A DNA stretch of 64,000 nt from Eledone cirrhosa (taxonomy: Eukaryota). The number at the start of each line of letters is the position of its first letter. The stretch's first letter is position 1. A program made the translations under genes and the position numbers. This document shows, one piece after another, positions 1-11,219 of the stretch. The notes beneath the pieces were generated by a model. That model was given only the letters and a program-made list of their open reading frames with translations. It was not told the DNA's origin and did not search any database. The stretch spans positions 273,048,001 through 273,112,000 of the forward strand of contig OZ024741.1 of assembly GCA_964016885.1 (NCBI GenBank), written 5' to 3'.

Positions 1-117
1 AGTTGCTAGTTTAGTCGCCGATGACCCGACCATGCACAGATTGTACTGAGTTACATGTTAACAGTAGCTCTGAAGAGCGACCTGACATATATACATACAT
101 AGGTTTGACTTTCAATG

Positions 118-280
118 GTATAGAGTTACAACCCTTTATGTTCTTAGTTCAAATCCCGCTGCGGTTAGCTTTGCCTTTCATCCTTATAGGGTTGATAAAA
201 TAGAGTACCAGTAATGCACTGGGGCCAATTTAATTGACTTCCTCCTTTTCCCCTAAAATTGTTGGCCTTGTGCCAACAGA
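118..280 (+). mobile_element. Partial/degenerate SINE family A copy
   Basis: gttcaaatcccgc..tttgcctttcatcctt..gataaaata.agtaccagtaatgcactggg..ggccttgtgcc shared with the other family A copies. Confidence 0.7.
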
Positions 281-293
281 ACTCATTTTTAGA

Positions 294-487
294 GTGGTGG
301 ATTGGCAGTATCGGTAGAGGGTCGGACGCCATGCTTTGATGCATAGAGTTACGGCCCTTTATGATTTGAGTTCAAATCCCGCCGAGGTTAACTTTGCCTT
401 TCATCCTTACGGGGTCGATAAAAAAAAGTACCAGTAATACACTGGGATAATTGCTGGCCTTGTGCCAAAAGTAGAAACAATTATTAT
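294..487 (+). mobile_element. tRNA-derived SINE family A (octopus-type)
   Basis: A-box-like tggcagtatcggtagag, B-box gagttcaaatccc, (ATT)n tail; near-identical copies elsewhere in window. Confidence 0.85.
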
Positions 488-514
488 TATTGTTATTGTT
501 GCTGTTGTTGTCCT

Positions 515-750
515 CACCACCAATGTCATCATCATCATCAACATCAGCATTACAACCACCATGACCACCACCACCACCACCACCACCACCACCACCACCA
601 CCACTGCCTCCATCATCATCATTACAACCACCACCACCATCATTACCACTGCCACCATCATCATTACCACCACCACCGCCACTGCCACCATCATCATCAT
701 TACCACTACCACCACCACCACCACCACCACCACCACCACCATCACCATCA
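515..750. repeat. (ACC/ATC)n trinucleotide microsatellite
   Basis: direct reading; source of poly-T/G/V ORFs. Confidence 0.95.
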
Positions 751-809
751 TTGTCAGTATGATATTGTTGATTAAAATAAACGAAATGAAAAGCATTCTC
801 TAATTGTAG

Positions 810-985
810 ATTATATGAAGAATTGAAGGTTTCATTTGGATTAGAATTAGAGATTCCGTCATCAGACACAGCAATTGTTGAAGATCTGACAAAATGGATG
901 AAAATGGTTGGCAACATTAGCAAATGTGTTCTAGTCTTTGATGCTTTGAATCAACTTGATGATGATTTTCAACATGGAAATACAA
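810..985 (+). CDS. Exon A of NACHT/STAND NTPase gene (NPHP3/TEP1/TTC41/DDB_G0287407-like), contains Walker B
   Basis: tgtAG acceptor ends 809, GTAAG donor at 986; reads (R)LYEELKVSFGLELEIPSSDTAIVEDLTKWMKMVGNISKCVLVFDALNQLDDDFQHGNT; hhhhDALNQL Walker B; phase 2 to phase 1. Confidence 0.9.
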
Positions 986-1046
986 GTAAGAAACTAAACA
1001 TATCTTTGGTATTTCAATACTTTTCCCATTCATTATTTACATCGGA

Positions 1047-1165
1047 CTGAGTTCAAATCCTGCCGTGGTTAACTTTGCCTTTCATCCTTACGGGGTCGAT
1101 AAAATAAAAGTACCAGTAATGTACTGGGTAATTGGTGGCCTTGTGCCAAAAGTAGAAACAATTAT
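1047..1165 (+). mobile_element. 5'-truncated SINE family A
   Basis: matches 368-483 closely. Confidence 0.85.
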
Positions 1166-1342
1166 TTACATCAGAAGTTCTCAAAGTGGGCTCTACCAAT
1201 CCCCTCCCGGGGTGCATTGAGAAAGTTCAGGGGGCGCTCGTGCCTAAAAAGGGTGGTGGTGGTGGTTTGATAGAGATGATATAATAATATATTAAATATC
1301 AAATGATACATATTATATATAAATATTTTGCTAGTTATATAT

Positions 1343-1531
1343 AAATTGTTTCTACTTTTGGCACAAGGCCAGTAATTACCCAGTACATTACTGGTACTTT
1401 ATTTTATCGACCCCGTAAGGATGAAAGGCAAAGTTAACCTCGGCGGGATTTGAACTCAGAACATAAAGGGGCGTAACTCTATGCTACAAAGCATGGCGTC
1501 CGACTCTCTAACGATACTGCCAATCCACCGT
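1343..1531 (-). mobile_element. Full-length SINE family A nested in hAT element
   Basis: reverse complement of the 294-487 copy; flanked by atatataaatt direct repeat (probable TSD). Confidence 0.85.
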
Positions 1532-1566
1532 TAGATATATATAAATTAATGATTATATTTAGTATA

Positions 1567-1646
1567 CGGGGTGTCCCAAAAGTCATTAGACAATTTTATA
1601 CAAATATATATATATAAAATTGTCTAGTGACTTTGTGGACACCCTG
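1567..1646. mobile_element. Tc1/mariner-like MITE (80-bp hairpin)
   Basis: TA-CGGGGTGTCCCAAAAGTCATTAGACAATTTTATA ... TATAAAATTGTCTAGTGACTTTGTGGACACCCTG-TA; TA TSD. Confidence 0.8.
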
Positions 1647-1769
1647 TATATTAATTACAATTTGGGTACTGGCAGGTCTCTCTGGAAATAGGGTTGGGGG
1701 ATGCTGTGGGTATTATGTTGCCTTGATAGGGGCGGGGGCTCCAAAAGTTTGAGAACATCTGATTTACAT

Positions 1770-2541
1770 GAACAGAATTGACATGTACAGCCAGGTTGTA
1801 AGTGGTATCAGTAGGCTGGAATTTGCAGACGACATGGTGTTACTTAACAAGACAGAAAGTAATTTCCGACATGCACACGATAGATTTGATGCTGTGAATT
1901 GCATGGCTGGAATGAAAAGCAGTGCTGCAAAAACTGAGGCACTTGTCCTCACAAGGACACCTGCGCAATGCACTCTACATGTGAATGGAGTTCCACTGAA
2001 GTAGGTGGAGAAGTTCAAGTATCTCAATGCCATGTTCATGAGAGATGAAAGGCAGGAGGCTGAATTAATTGCAAGAATTGCAGGAGATGGTGCAAGCCAA
2101 ACTTGCTATCTTCAATTACCAACTCTTACCCATGGTCTTGAATCTTGGGTAATGACTGATAGAATATGATCGCAAATACAAGCAACTGAAATAGGGTTCT
2201 TGAAAAGTCTTCAGAGTAATGATAGTCGATAGAGTGCGTAACTCAGAGATCAGGGAGCTCCACCTGTTAGAGCCACTACTTCGCCGAATTGAGAGATCAC
2301 AAGTTTGATACTATGGGCATATGGTTTGAATGTCTCAGGAAAGAAACGCTGGACAGATTTTATGGGTAAAACTAACTGGCAGGAGACCCAGGGGTAGACC
2401 CCAAGTAAGATGGTTGGATAACATCCATAAGCTTGGATCAGTTGGAAATGGTTGCTTTTGACAGGACCCACTGGAAGGAGTGTTTGAGGATTCTGCCTCT
2501 ATGAATGACCCTTGCAGGAATAAGTGGGCAAAGAAGAAGAA
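1770..2541 (+). mobile_element. Degenerate RTE-clade LINE 3' fragment
   Basis: FADD RT motif, ..VEKFKYL.., ..GLESWVMT.., GRRPRGRP..RWLDNI, (GAA)n tail; stops and frameshifts. Confidence 0.8.
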
Positions 2542-2792
2542 TACTTCTCCCTTGCTGACCCCTGGGGTAACACATTCTTTATTCCATCTGCTGGGTTCAT
2601 GAGTCTGCTTGCTCTTGGGATTCAGTACTCCTGAGAGCCTTCTCCCACCTTATCTAAGCATGTATGATTGGGGATGTGAGCCTTCTCCCACATTATCTGC
2701 ACATGTCTCACATTATCTGGGTATGTCTTTTGGAGGGTAGCGATGGTTTAAGTTGTTGATATTTATGTTTACACACACATTCAACTGCACAC

Positions 2793-3007
2793 TTAACTCT
2801 TTAATGTTCAAACCTGCCAAAACCGGCCAGAATTTTCTACCTCTTTTTGATCAAACTGGCTGTAACTGTCCACTCATACTAATGTTAAGGTATTGTTCTC
2901 AAAATAAATACTTTCAAAATCTCATAGATTCGATATTATGTGAGGTAAAGCCTTTACCATGAATATATAATAGTATATATAGAGTAATGTGAATACTAAA
3001 GGGTTAA
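2793..3007. mobile_element. piggyBac-like MITE
   Basis: ends TTAA-CTCTTTA ... TAAAGGG-TTAA; its 3' part is homologous to the 13.5-14.2 kb minisatellite. Confidence 0.65.
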
Positions 3008-3629
3008 ATTGTTGATATTCAATGAATAGATTTATCTTTATTTATTTGATAACTTTGAGGAAGCAAAATTTGACTGTGACCCAACATGTCCACAGATAAC
3101 AAATAGTGGAATGACCCTTAGATATAAGGGTCAGCTGTGAAATTACGAAATTGGTGGGTTTACCTAGTGAATAAAAGTGGGAATTACTCAAGAGTGCAGT
3201 GAATTAGTAGGGTCACCTGCTTCTTCAAAAACAAAAATGAAAGGAGCTTCTTTCAAATGTGTGGAGCCTGAAAGATGTCCTTTTTCTGAAGAACAGGTGA
3301 ACATTAGATATTCATGCCCCCCACACCCAATCACTCTTTGGCTCGTGTAGCCCCAGACAAACAGACTAGTTGACTTCCCCTCTCATAGAGCCTCACTGTA
3401 CTAACACTAAAGTTATGGAAAAATATTCTTCAATTACAAAAGAGAAGGAGCTGATCATCGGATCAGACCAAAGAATAAATGTTTCTATTGGTCTTTCCAT
3501 TGCTGATACAATCTACTGGTTGCAGCCCCTGGCAGAAGGAGGTGGGATTTGAACTGGATACGCCCAAAACATCTTGTCTCACTTCTTAACATTTCTACCT
3601 GGACACTGTTACTGGACTGGTACTTTATT

Positions 3630-4157
3630 TATAAATATAATGATAATGAAAATTATTGTGTACAGTGCTCAGGTGCACTACAACTCATCAAAGGTGCATA
3701 TATAGTACATAGAATAATGTACAAATGTCAGGAAAGTGAACAGTGTATGAGTCATGATAAACACACAGACACATACACACACATGTGTGCATGTGTATGG
3801 AGAGGGAAAATCAGGTGTAGTGTTGGCGAATTTTGGGAAGCATAGATGTCTTGAAGGATGCAGTGTCCCGACAGCTAACAACTGATGCAGGTAGTTTGTT
3901 CCATGCTTCAGCAACTCTGAGCATGAAAAAAAAATGTTTCTGAAAGTCATGGGAGCTGTAATGTTTTCTGATTTTGTAAGCCCGTCTGCTGGTGTTAGAC
4001 ATAAGGAATTTAAAATAGTGCCCAGGGTTGTTGTTGGAAAAATAGTTAATAATCTTGTGGATGTCTACCAAGTCAGTTGCCAGGCATCAGAGCTTTAATG
4101 TATCCATGCCCAGGGAAGCAAGGTATTCAGAATATGATAGATGCCTGATGGAGGCAT
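3630..4157 (-). mobile_element. CR1/L2-like LINE 3' fragment
   Basis: ORF2 C-terminus ..HDFQKHFFFMLRVAEAWNKLPASVVSCRDTASFK.. (FF..RV...WN.LP motif). Confidence 0.8.
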
Positions 4158-4232
4158 TACAAATTGCTGCTCACATTACAAATTGATCACAATTCTTTTA
4201 GAATGAAAATATAAACACGAATATAAACACAT

Positions 4233-4420
4233 ATCATCATTATCATCATCGTTTAATGTCTATCTTCCACGCTAGCATGGGTTTAGATGGGAATTGTCCC
4301 ACTTGAGGCAAGATTTGGTTGTCTTGCTCGTATAGGACTGTCTGGCAGGTTTTCTACGGCTGGATGCCCTTCCTAACACCAACCACGTTTACAGTGTGGA
4401 CTGGGAGGTTTTTACCGTGT
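4233..4420 (-). mobile_element. SINE/RTE-related 3' fragment
   Basis: (CAT)n tail; ttctacggctggatgcccttcctaacaccaacc is the reverse complement of a segment near 15420-15452. Confidence 0.6.
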
Positions 4421-5248
4421 TACCTACACAGTCAAATTACAGCGTGAACTGTGTGTTTTTTTGTTGTGACACCTACACGACCTCATTTATTTAGGACTGG
4501 ATGTTGTGGTACCAACATAACTTTACAGAGAAAGAGGTGGTGTAGATGGGGGGGGGGGGTGTAGTGGGAGGGGGTGTATATTTGGTTAAAAGGTGCCTAC
4601 TGACTGTAGGTTTCGCTTTGTACTTAGGCAAGGCAGGTCTTCTGTATTACTGCGTAGCACCAAACACATATAACAAATACAATTAACTATTGAAAGACAA
4701 AGTATGAAAGACAAAGTTAACCTCAATAGGATTTCATCTAAAAAGGTAGTGTAGAAAGTGGAACAGGAATTTGGGTATTTAAACAGATATTCTAACGACT
4801 CTAACAATTTACCTTCAATTACACTCTGCACTAAAAATTACATATTTATAATGATTTAAATGAATGTAGATTGTGTACATGTGTAAATAAAATGACCCTC
4901 TCACATACTTTTGGTATTAATGATTGCACCTTATTCTTCCAACCATCGACATTCCATCTTTTACAGTTATCTAGAATCACATGATATAAAGTTTCAACTA
5001 TATTTTACCTCTTTAAAGATTATACAGTGTAATTTGAGACTTTGTTGCTATTTCTAGCAGGTAGAACAACCACATGAAAACTTCGTTAGTTCAGAATATT
5101 TAAAATGTGAATAAAATAGCAGACGAAAAGAAGTAACTGCCGTAAGACTGTTGCCTGCGAAGGGAGGTAATGTGTTGGATGAAAATGTGTGGGCGTGACG
5201 GGGGGTGAGGGGGGGGGGGGTGTTAATAGCTTTAACTCAACAACTACA

Positions 5249-5668
5249 GATAGCCACTAATACTAACTACTATACTGTACATTAGATAATAGTTTCTACG
5301 TTAGGCACAAGGCCAGCAATTACCCAGTGCATTACTGGTACTTTATTTTATCGACCTCGTAAGGATGAAAGGCAAAGTCAACCTCGGCGGGATTTGAACT
5401 CAGATCGTAAAGGGACGTAACTATGCTGGAAAGCATGGCGTCCGACCCTCTACCGATACTGCCAATCCACCGCCATTAGATAATGTAGTCCTTGATACAC
5501 AATGTCTGATAGCCACTAATACTAACTACTATACTGTACATTAGATAATGTAGTCCTAGAGACACAATGTCTGATAGCCACTAATACTAACTACTATACT
5601 GTACATTAGATAATGTAGTCCTAGATACACAATGTCTGATAGCCACTAATACTAACTACTACACTGTT
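5249..5668. repeat. 65-bp tandem repeat (~4 copies) interrupted by a SINE
   Basis: gatagccactaatactaactactatactgtacattagataatgtagtcctagatacacaatgtct at 5249, 5508, 5573, 5638. Confidence 0.9.
5289..5473 (-). mobile_element. Full-length SINE family A
   Basis: reverse complement of family A; TSD cattagataat on both sides. Confidence 0.88.
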
Positions 5669-5842
5669 TATTTGATAGTGTCCATTCTACAGCAAGTGTT
5701 CAATCCCAGCGTACAGTTTAATGAAACCTTCTTCTCTCTTTGCCACCAGTCTTTAGGGGCCTGAAAGTTGTCATATGCACAGCCCTTCCCTGCCTAACTA
5801 CACGATTAAATAAATAAATAAATAAAATTATAACCAAACTTT

Positions 5843-6132
5843 ATTAAGTTTTCTCTCTCTGAAGACAAACAAATTAATCTTCCATGGAGACCCCTGTTAA
5901 ATTAAGAATTATTTCTCTGCAGACAAACAAATTGATTATCAAGGAGACCCCTGTTAAATTAACTTTTCTCTCTCTGCAGATAAACAAGTTGATCTTCCAT
6001 GGAGACGCCTGTTAAATTAAGTCTTCTTTCTCTGCAGATAAACAAATTGATATCTCATGGAGACCCCTGTTAAATTAAGTCTTCTTTCTCTGCAGATAAA
6101 CAAGTTGATATCTCATGGATACCCCTGTTAAA
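5843..6132 (+). repeat. ~58-bp tandem repeat (5 copies) spanning the intron/exon B junction
   Basis: attaagtcttctttctctgcAG|ataaacaagttgatatctcatggagacccctgttaa; AGs end at 5864, 5922, 5979, 6037, 6095. Confidence 0.92.
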
Positions 6133-6178
6133 ATCATCTGAGAATGTAAAAATACTGTTGTCAACTCTACCAGGAAAT
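6096..6178 (+). CDS. Exon B of the NACHT gene
   Basis: ttctttctctgcAG acceptor, GTAAAT donor; (N)KQVDISWIPLLKSSENVKILLSTLPGN fits the W.P....NV..I.STLPG motif that follows Walker B in this family; phase 1 to 0 exactly bridges exons A and C; not in ORF track. Confidence 0.85.
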
Positions 6179-6524
6179 GTAAATATAATTTGTTTTCATT
6201 ACTTTCATAACCAACTTCAACATGGCATGACATGTCCACCATTGTATGGTTGTGTGATTGAGAAGTTTGATTTGTGACAATATATCTCATTCAGGTTTAC
6301 CTAGGAGTAGTTCAGGCAGAGAACACAACCTGCAATGCTTGGAGAAAACCCCTCATTCTATAAACTGGACAGCTTTTACCCACCACCACAGTTCTTGCAA
6401 GAACCCCCTCCCCCCTTAAAAACACCAAGGGTACTTCCATACAACCCCCATCCTACCTAAAACTCCAAGAATGTTTTGATACACCACACAGTCCCCCTCC
6501 CCTCATATAAAACCCCAAGGAACT

Positions 6525-6770
6525 ATGTAAACCTCACCCAATACTACCCCCTAATATCCCTAACAGACTCACTACACACAATATAAACCCTACCTGAAAC
6601 TACCTCCTAATATCCCTAACAGACTCACTACACACACAATATAAACCCTACCCAAAACTACCCCTAAAACTCCTAACAGACTCACTACACACACAATGTA
6701 AACGCTACCCAAAACTACCCCCTAATATCCCTAACAGACTCACTACACACACAATGTAAACCCTCTACAC
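6525..6770. repeat. ~58-bp C/A-rich tandem repeat (~4 copies)
   Basis: ctaccccctaatatccctaacagactcactacacacacaatataaaccctac repeated. Confidence 0.85.
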
Positions 6771-7095
6771 TCCAAAACCGCTAAAAAAGCTCACAACAAT
6801 TTACAAATACATGCCATTTCAAATCAACAAAACCATGGAGCCTGAATATATCCCCCTCAAACAATGTGCTTCAGAGCTAGTACTTCTCCCTGACAAACCC
6901 AAACCTTAACCCTCTTGCTTCTAATGATTACCAGCCTGGCTTCCATGAAGCTAAGCCTACTCGAGACCTTCTCTTTTATGTCTGTCACACTATCATCCCC
7001 TGCCCACTGCTTTGAGCATTTTGGTTCAAATAGTGTTGTACTAATATATATTATGTAATGTGGTTGATAGCTGAGAGAAAGGAGTACTCAGTACC

Positions 7096-7175
7096 AAAGT
7101 AGAGTTTTGATATTCCTTTTATTAAGGCTAAATAGGGAGTCTCACTATTTAGACTTAATAAAATGAATATATATA
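7096..7175. repeat. Left arm of ~75-bp inverted repeat (itself a hairpin)
   Basis: reverse complement of 8663-8740 with one mismatch; internal ttttattaaggctaaatag/ctatttagacttaataaaa stem. Confidence 0.85.
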
Positions 7176-7180
7176 TATAT

Positions 7181-8645
7181 CATCATCATTTTCATCATCA
7201 TCATTTTATGTCCGCTTTTCCCTGCTTGCAAGGGTGGGACGGATCTTATTCAGCACAGCATCTCTCCACTTGTCACGGTCCTTCTTCATCCCCACCGTCA
7301 GCTTCAGCGATCTGAGGTCTGTTCTCACCACCTCTGCCCATGTTTTTCGTGGACTACCTCAACCACGTCTTCCTTCAACTGGCATTTCCTGGCACTTCTT
7401 CACCCATCAGTCATCCTCCATGTGCATCACATGTCCATACCACCGCAGTCTCTTCTCTCGCACACTACATTCTATCCCTCTCAGACACAGTTTCTCTCTC
7501 AACACATCCATGCTGGGTTGTTCATGCACATTGACAATGCACATCCAACGGAGCATGCTTGCCTCATTTCTCTCCAGCCATCTCACTACCATGCAGCATC
7601 GCGCTCCTTACACTGGCATCATATAACCGGCCTTTCGTACGCAGGGAGAAACCCTTCTTCGTCAGCAGAGGAAGCAGCTTCCTGAACTTCTTTCAACCCG
7701 TCCTTATTCTAGATACTATGGTCTTGGAACACCCCCCTCCCATGCTAATCTGATCTCCTAGGTACCGGAAGCTATCAACCACTTCTATAGCACCCGCCTG
7801 CATTTGAAAAATGTGTCTAATTCTACTGTCTAATTCCCTGTACATCTACTGCATACGTATTTCTCCCTACCTGTTAGTTTGCCTGCTATCCCACTACATC
7901 TCTTGTGTACCCAGGATCTGCATTGTGTACATTTTATAGAATTTATGCCAGTCCTTTTCTGCATATCAAACATGGCCATTTCCCTGACGGAATCAGAGTT
8001 TTGTCATCTTTTCTACTCATCAACACTTTTGTCTTAGCTAGGTTCACTCTCAGTCCTCTTTCTTCCAACTGCTGTTTCCATAGCCAGAATTTATTCTCTA
8101 CCTCATCTACTGATTCTGCTATAAGAACCAGATTGTCAGCATAGAGAAGTTCCCATGGACAGCCAGTCTTAAACTCCTCTGTTATGGCTTGGCGGACTAT
8201 AATGAACAAGAGCGGGATGAGGACCGAACCTTGATGTACTCCTACTTGTATCTGGAATTCCTCACTAAACTCCATTCCTACTCTTACTTTACTGACAGCA
8301 CCTCTGTACAAAGTTTGCACTGTCCTCACAAGCCATTCCTCAACACCTAATTTCCTTAGGGACCACCAGATGACAGATCGGGGTACCTTATCAAAGGCCT
8401 TCTCTAGGTCAACAAATGCTAAGTATAGTGGCTTATTCTTCTCTAAGAACCTCTCTTGCAATTGTCTCACCAAGAAGAGGGCATCTGTTGTACTTTTCCC
8501 AGGCACAAAACTAAACTGCATCTCATCTAGTTTGACCCTTTCTCTAATTAGTTGTGCTAATATCCTTTCTGCCACTTTCATAACCTGATCCATCAGTTTT
8601 ATACCCCTATAATTGCTCCTCTCCAGAGCATCCCCTTTACCTTTA
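7181..8645 (-). mobile_element. RTE-clade LINE, 5'-truncated (RT domain to 3' tail)
   Basis: YKGKGDALERSNYRGIKL..LAFVDLEKAFD..GVHQGSVL.PLLF..LLYADNL..; C-terminal RLRWYGHV; (ATG)n tail; frameshifts. Confidence 0.92.
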
Positions 8646-8662
8646 TATATATATTCATTTAT

Positions 8663-8736
8663 ATATATATTCATTTTATTAAGGCTAAATAGTGAGACTC
8701 CCTATTTAGCCTTAATAAAAGGAATATCAAAACTCT

Positions 8737-8740
<4 letters not shown>
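8663..8740. repeat. Right arm of ~75-bp inverted repeat
   Basis: see 7096-7175. Confidence 0.85.
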
Positions 8741-8969
<229 letters not shown>

Positions 8970-9092
8970 GCAGAGAGTTCAGTAAATCCGAAGAAAACTG
9001 ATGAGAGAACCAAAGTCAGGACTTGATGCAGAGCAGAGTGTATACAATAAGAACAAAGTGGAGGTGTTACATAGGAGATTTATTGCTCAATC

Positions 9093-9181
9093 CTGGTTAC
9101 AAATGTTTCTCAAGCAGCTGGCCCGTGATCTGGGTTGGCACTCCTAGACCAGACTCCAAGACTGCCTGATCCTCAGACCAG
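9093..9181 (-). ncRNA. Type I hammerhead ribozyme motif (inverted pLTR copy)
   Basis: minus strand CUGGU-CUGAGGA-UCAGGCAG..CUGCUUGA-GAAAC-AUUU-GUA-ACCAG. Confidence 0.75.
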
Positions 9182-10352
9182 TGTTAACACAACAAAAATC
9201 ACATCAAATCGGTGGACAAACCAGCAAAACATAAACAAGCATATAGAATGATCTTGTACCTGCACCCTCGGACTCTTCCCATCGCCCTGTGCCACGTTCG
9301 CATGGCCTCATTTCCCGGGATGGGCATGAGTGTGAATGACCACTCTCTACAGACACAAACCCATTAGCTGGCCTCACAATGCACCGGCGTACAGACGGCG
9401 CACCACCTTCACCCCTCCGTATCAACTCCACTGGGACTCACCTGCACCATGAGGAGACACATGCATATCAACCTGGGTCCTGGAATCAACGGAATCGTTG
9501 CAAGTCTCGCAGCAGAAATGTAACATGGTATAATGCCCCGTACTCTGGGCCCTGGATGAGTGCTTTCCACCCTCGCATAGATACCATAAGCTTTTCAACC
9601 AGCACACAGTGAAGTTCTCCTTCTCCACCATGCCCAACCTTGTGGAGATCATTGCCTCCATCAAACGTAAAAAGCTACGGGAGAACCTCAATATTGACCA
9701 TACTGGGAGGGTTGTCGATGGGTCAGAACTTCCCAGGAGAGGTATGGCCACCGTTCCATCCATCATAAATGATCGTTCCGCAATATCAACTTTTTTGCAT
9801 TGAACACCACACCCTATGGCACCCTGGTAGATCTCTGATGAACTGTAACTGCAGAAATCCCCGTGACTGACCCTCAACAGCTGCTGCAGAGTCTCGGGAG
9901 TGGTCTGCAGCTGTATAGTCTCTACCGAAAGAGAGGAATTTGTGTATGTGGATTCCACAAGTACCGAGTTCAAATCCCACTTCCACAACCACATGTGCCT
10001 CTTTAGACACAGAAGCAAGAGGTCTGACACTAGTCTGGCCGAGTGCATGTGGAGCTCAAGGATGAGAACTGAAACTTCAAATTGAGGTGGAAAATTCCCT
10101 GTTTTGCGGCCGCCCAGGGACTGGGGAGCAAGGTTTGTCAACTCTGTATCTGTGAGAGTGGGGAGATACTAAAGATATGTGAGCGGGCGATCAACTCTAG
10201 GTTCGAGATTCTGAGTAATTGTATGAATCGAAGGACTCATCTTTTTGCCCATCTTGCAGGTGAGTGCACCGCGAGGGGCCGCTGTCTTACTTAGGGAGCT
10301 ACTAACCCTGTCATGCCACAGTAGCCCCATTACTTGTCCCAGAGCACTATTA

Positions 10353-10441
10353 CTGGTCTGAGGATCAGGCAGACTTGGAGTCTGGTCTAGGAGTGCCATC
10401 CCAGATCACGAGCTGGCTGCTTGAGAAACATTTGTAACCAG
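10353..10441 (+). ncRNA. Type I hammerhead ribozyme motif with extended stem II
   Basis: stem I CUGGU/ACCAG; core CUGAGGA (10358); stem II UCAGGCAG/CUGCUUGA; GAAAC (10425); GUA cleavage triplet 10434-10436; AATAAA shortly downstream. Confidence 0.78.
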
Positions 10442-10488
10442 GATTGAGCAATAAATCTCCTATGTAACACCTCCACTTTGTTCTTATT

Positions 10489-10498
10489 ATATATATAT

Positions 10499-10533
<35 letters not shown>

Positions 10534-10610
10534 TATATATATTTGTATGTATATATATATGTATATATGTGTGTGTGTATGTATGTACATATACAATATA
10601 TACATATATA
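10489..10610. repeat. (AT)n/(GT)n compound microsatellite
   Basis: direct reading. Confidence 0.9.
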
Positions 10611-10654
10611 AGGGTCACTATTGTAAAATATATATAAATATATTTTAATTGTAG

Positions 10655-10849
10655 GTTTGTAAAAAGATCAAAGATTTTGGATGGCCTTGCATTGATGTTG
10701 AACCATTGACCCCTAAACAAAAGGGTGAGATTATCACTGCCTACTTTGAAGAGACCTATGCCAAGACTTTAAGTAATGAACAGAGAGACTTGATAGTGGC
10801 CACCCCACAGAGTGACAATCCACTTTTCCTGCGCGCTCTCTTGGATGAA
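10655..10849 (+). CDS. Exon C of the NACHT gene
   Basis: ttttaattgtAG / GTAAGT; VCKKIKDFGWPCIDVEPLTPKQKGEIITAYFEETYAKTLSNEQRDLIVATPQSDNPLFLRALLDE (NPLFL, GxP-like motif); 195 nt, phase 0-0. Confidence 0.92.
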
Positions 10850-10980
10850 GTAAGTACACCTGTGTGGTTAGTCAGTACACACACACATATATATATATAA
10901 AAGGTAAACAGAAATAATACAATCGGTACAGTATATGGAAGAGATATATTAGGTTAACGTTTGATATAGCAGGAAGAAGG

Positions 10981-11016
10981 TCTTAACGTTTCGGACGCTA
11001 GTCCTTCATCAGAAGA
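10981..11016 (-). ncRNA. Minimal type I hammerhead ribozyme motif
   Basis: minus strand UCUU-CUGAUGA-A-GGAC UAGC GUCC-GAAAC-GUU-AAGA; loopless palindromic stem III (AACGUU) as in PLE minimal hammerheads. Confidence 0.72.
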
Positions 11017-11219
11017 AAGAATGAGAAATAAGATAGATTGAGGGGACGGTCGGGATGGAATTGGAAAAAATATCTTTAGATAAAAATAACAGGTCCATTC
11101 ATGTTGACATCTCTTGCAAAACTGTTGGTGCTGGCGTTTTGTGTATGATTTGTTTAGTTTTTTTTTTTTTTAATACAGCCACAGACATACACACACACCC
11201 ACAAACACAGACAGACAGA

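Larger units (their letters stand above)
1172..1761. mobile_element. Non-autonomous hAT-type DNA transposon with nested insertions
   Basis: TIRs CAGAAGTTCTCAAA / TTTGAGAACATCTG; perfect 8-bp TSD ATTTACAT at 1164-1171 and 1762-1769. Confidence 0.85.
8970..10490 (+). mobile_element. Penelope-like element remnant (GIY-YIG endonuclease region) with inverted pLTRs
   Basis: broken frames give RSRNVTWYNAPYS, FSFSTMPNL..II, CNCR, YVDSTSTEFKSHFHNH..F, RWKI, CQLCICE..EI, INSRFEILSNC, which match the PLE C-terminus; 9046-9182 is the reverse complement of 10352-10488. Confidence 0.85.

Noticed and set aside
372-803. Gly-, Val- and Thr-rich ORFs (also 14202-14966 and 8735-9013)
   Set aside because: Translations of simple repeats
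6525-6770. Interstitial telomeric repeat
   Set aside because: CCCTAA occurs only as isolated hexamers inside a 58-bp unit
6934-6948. Alternative candidate for exon B (cag|CC TGG CTT CCA, 'WLP')
   Set aside because: Immediately followed by TGA; the 6096-6178 exon fits phase and motif far better
8998-9015. CTGATGAG motif
   Set aside because: No stem II or GAAA partner follows
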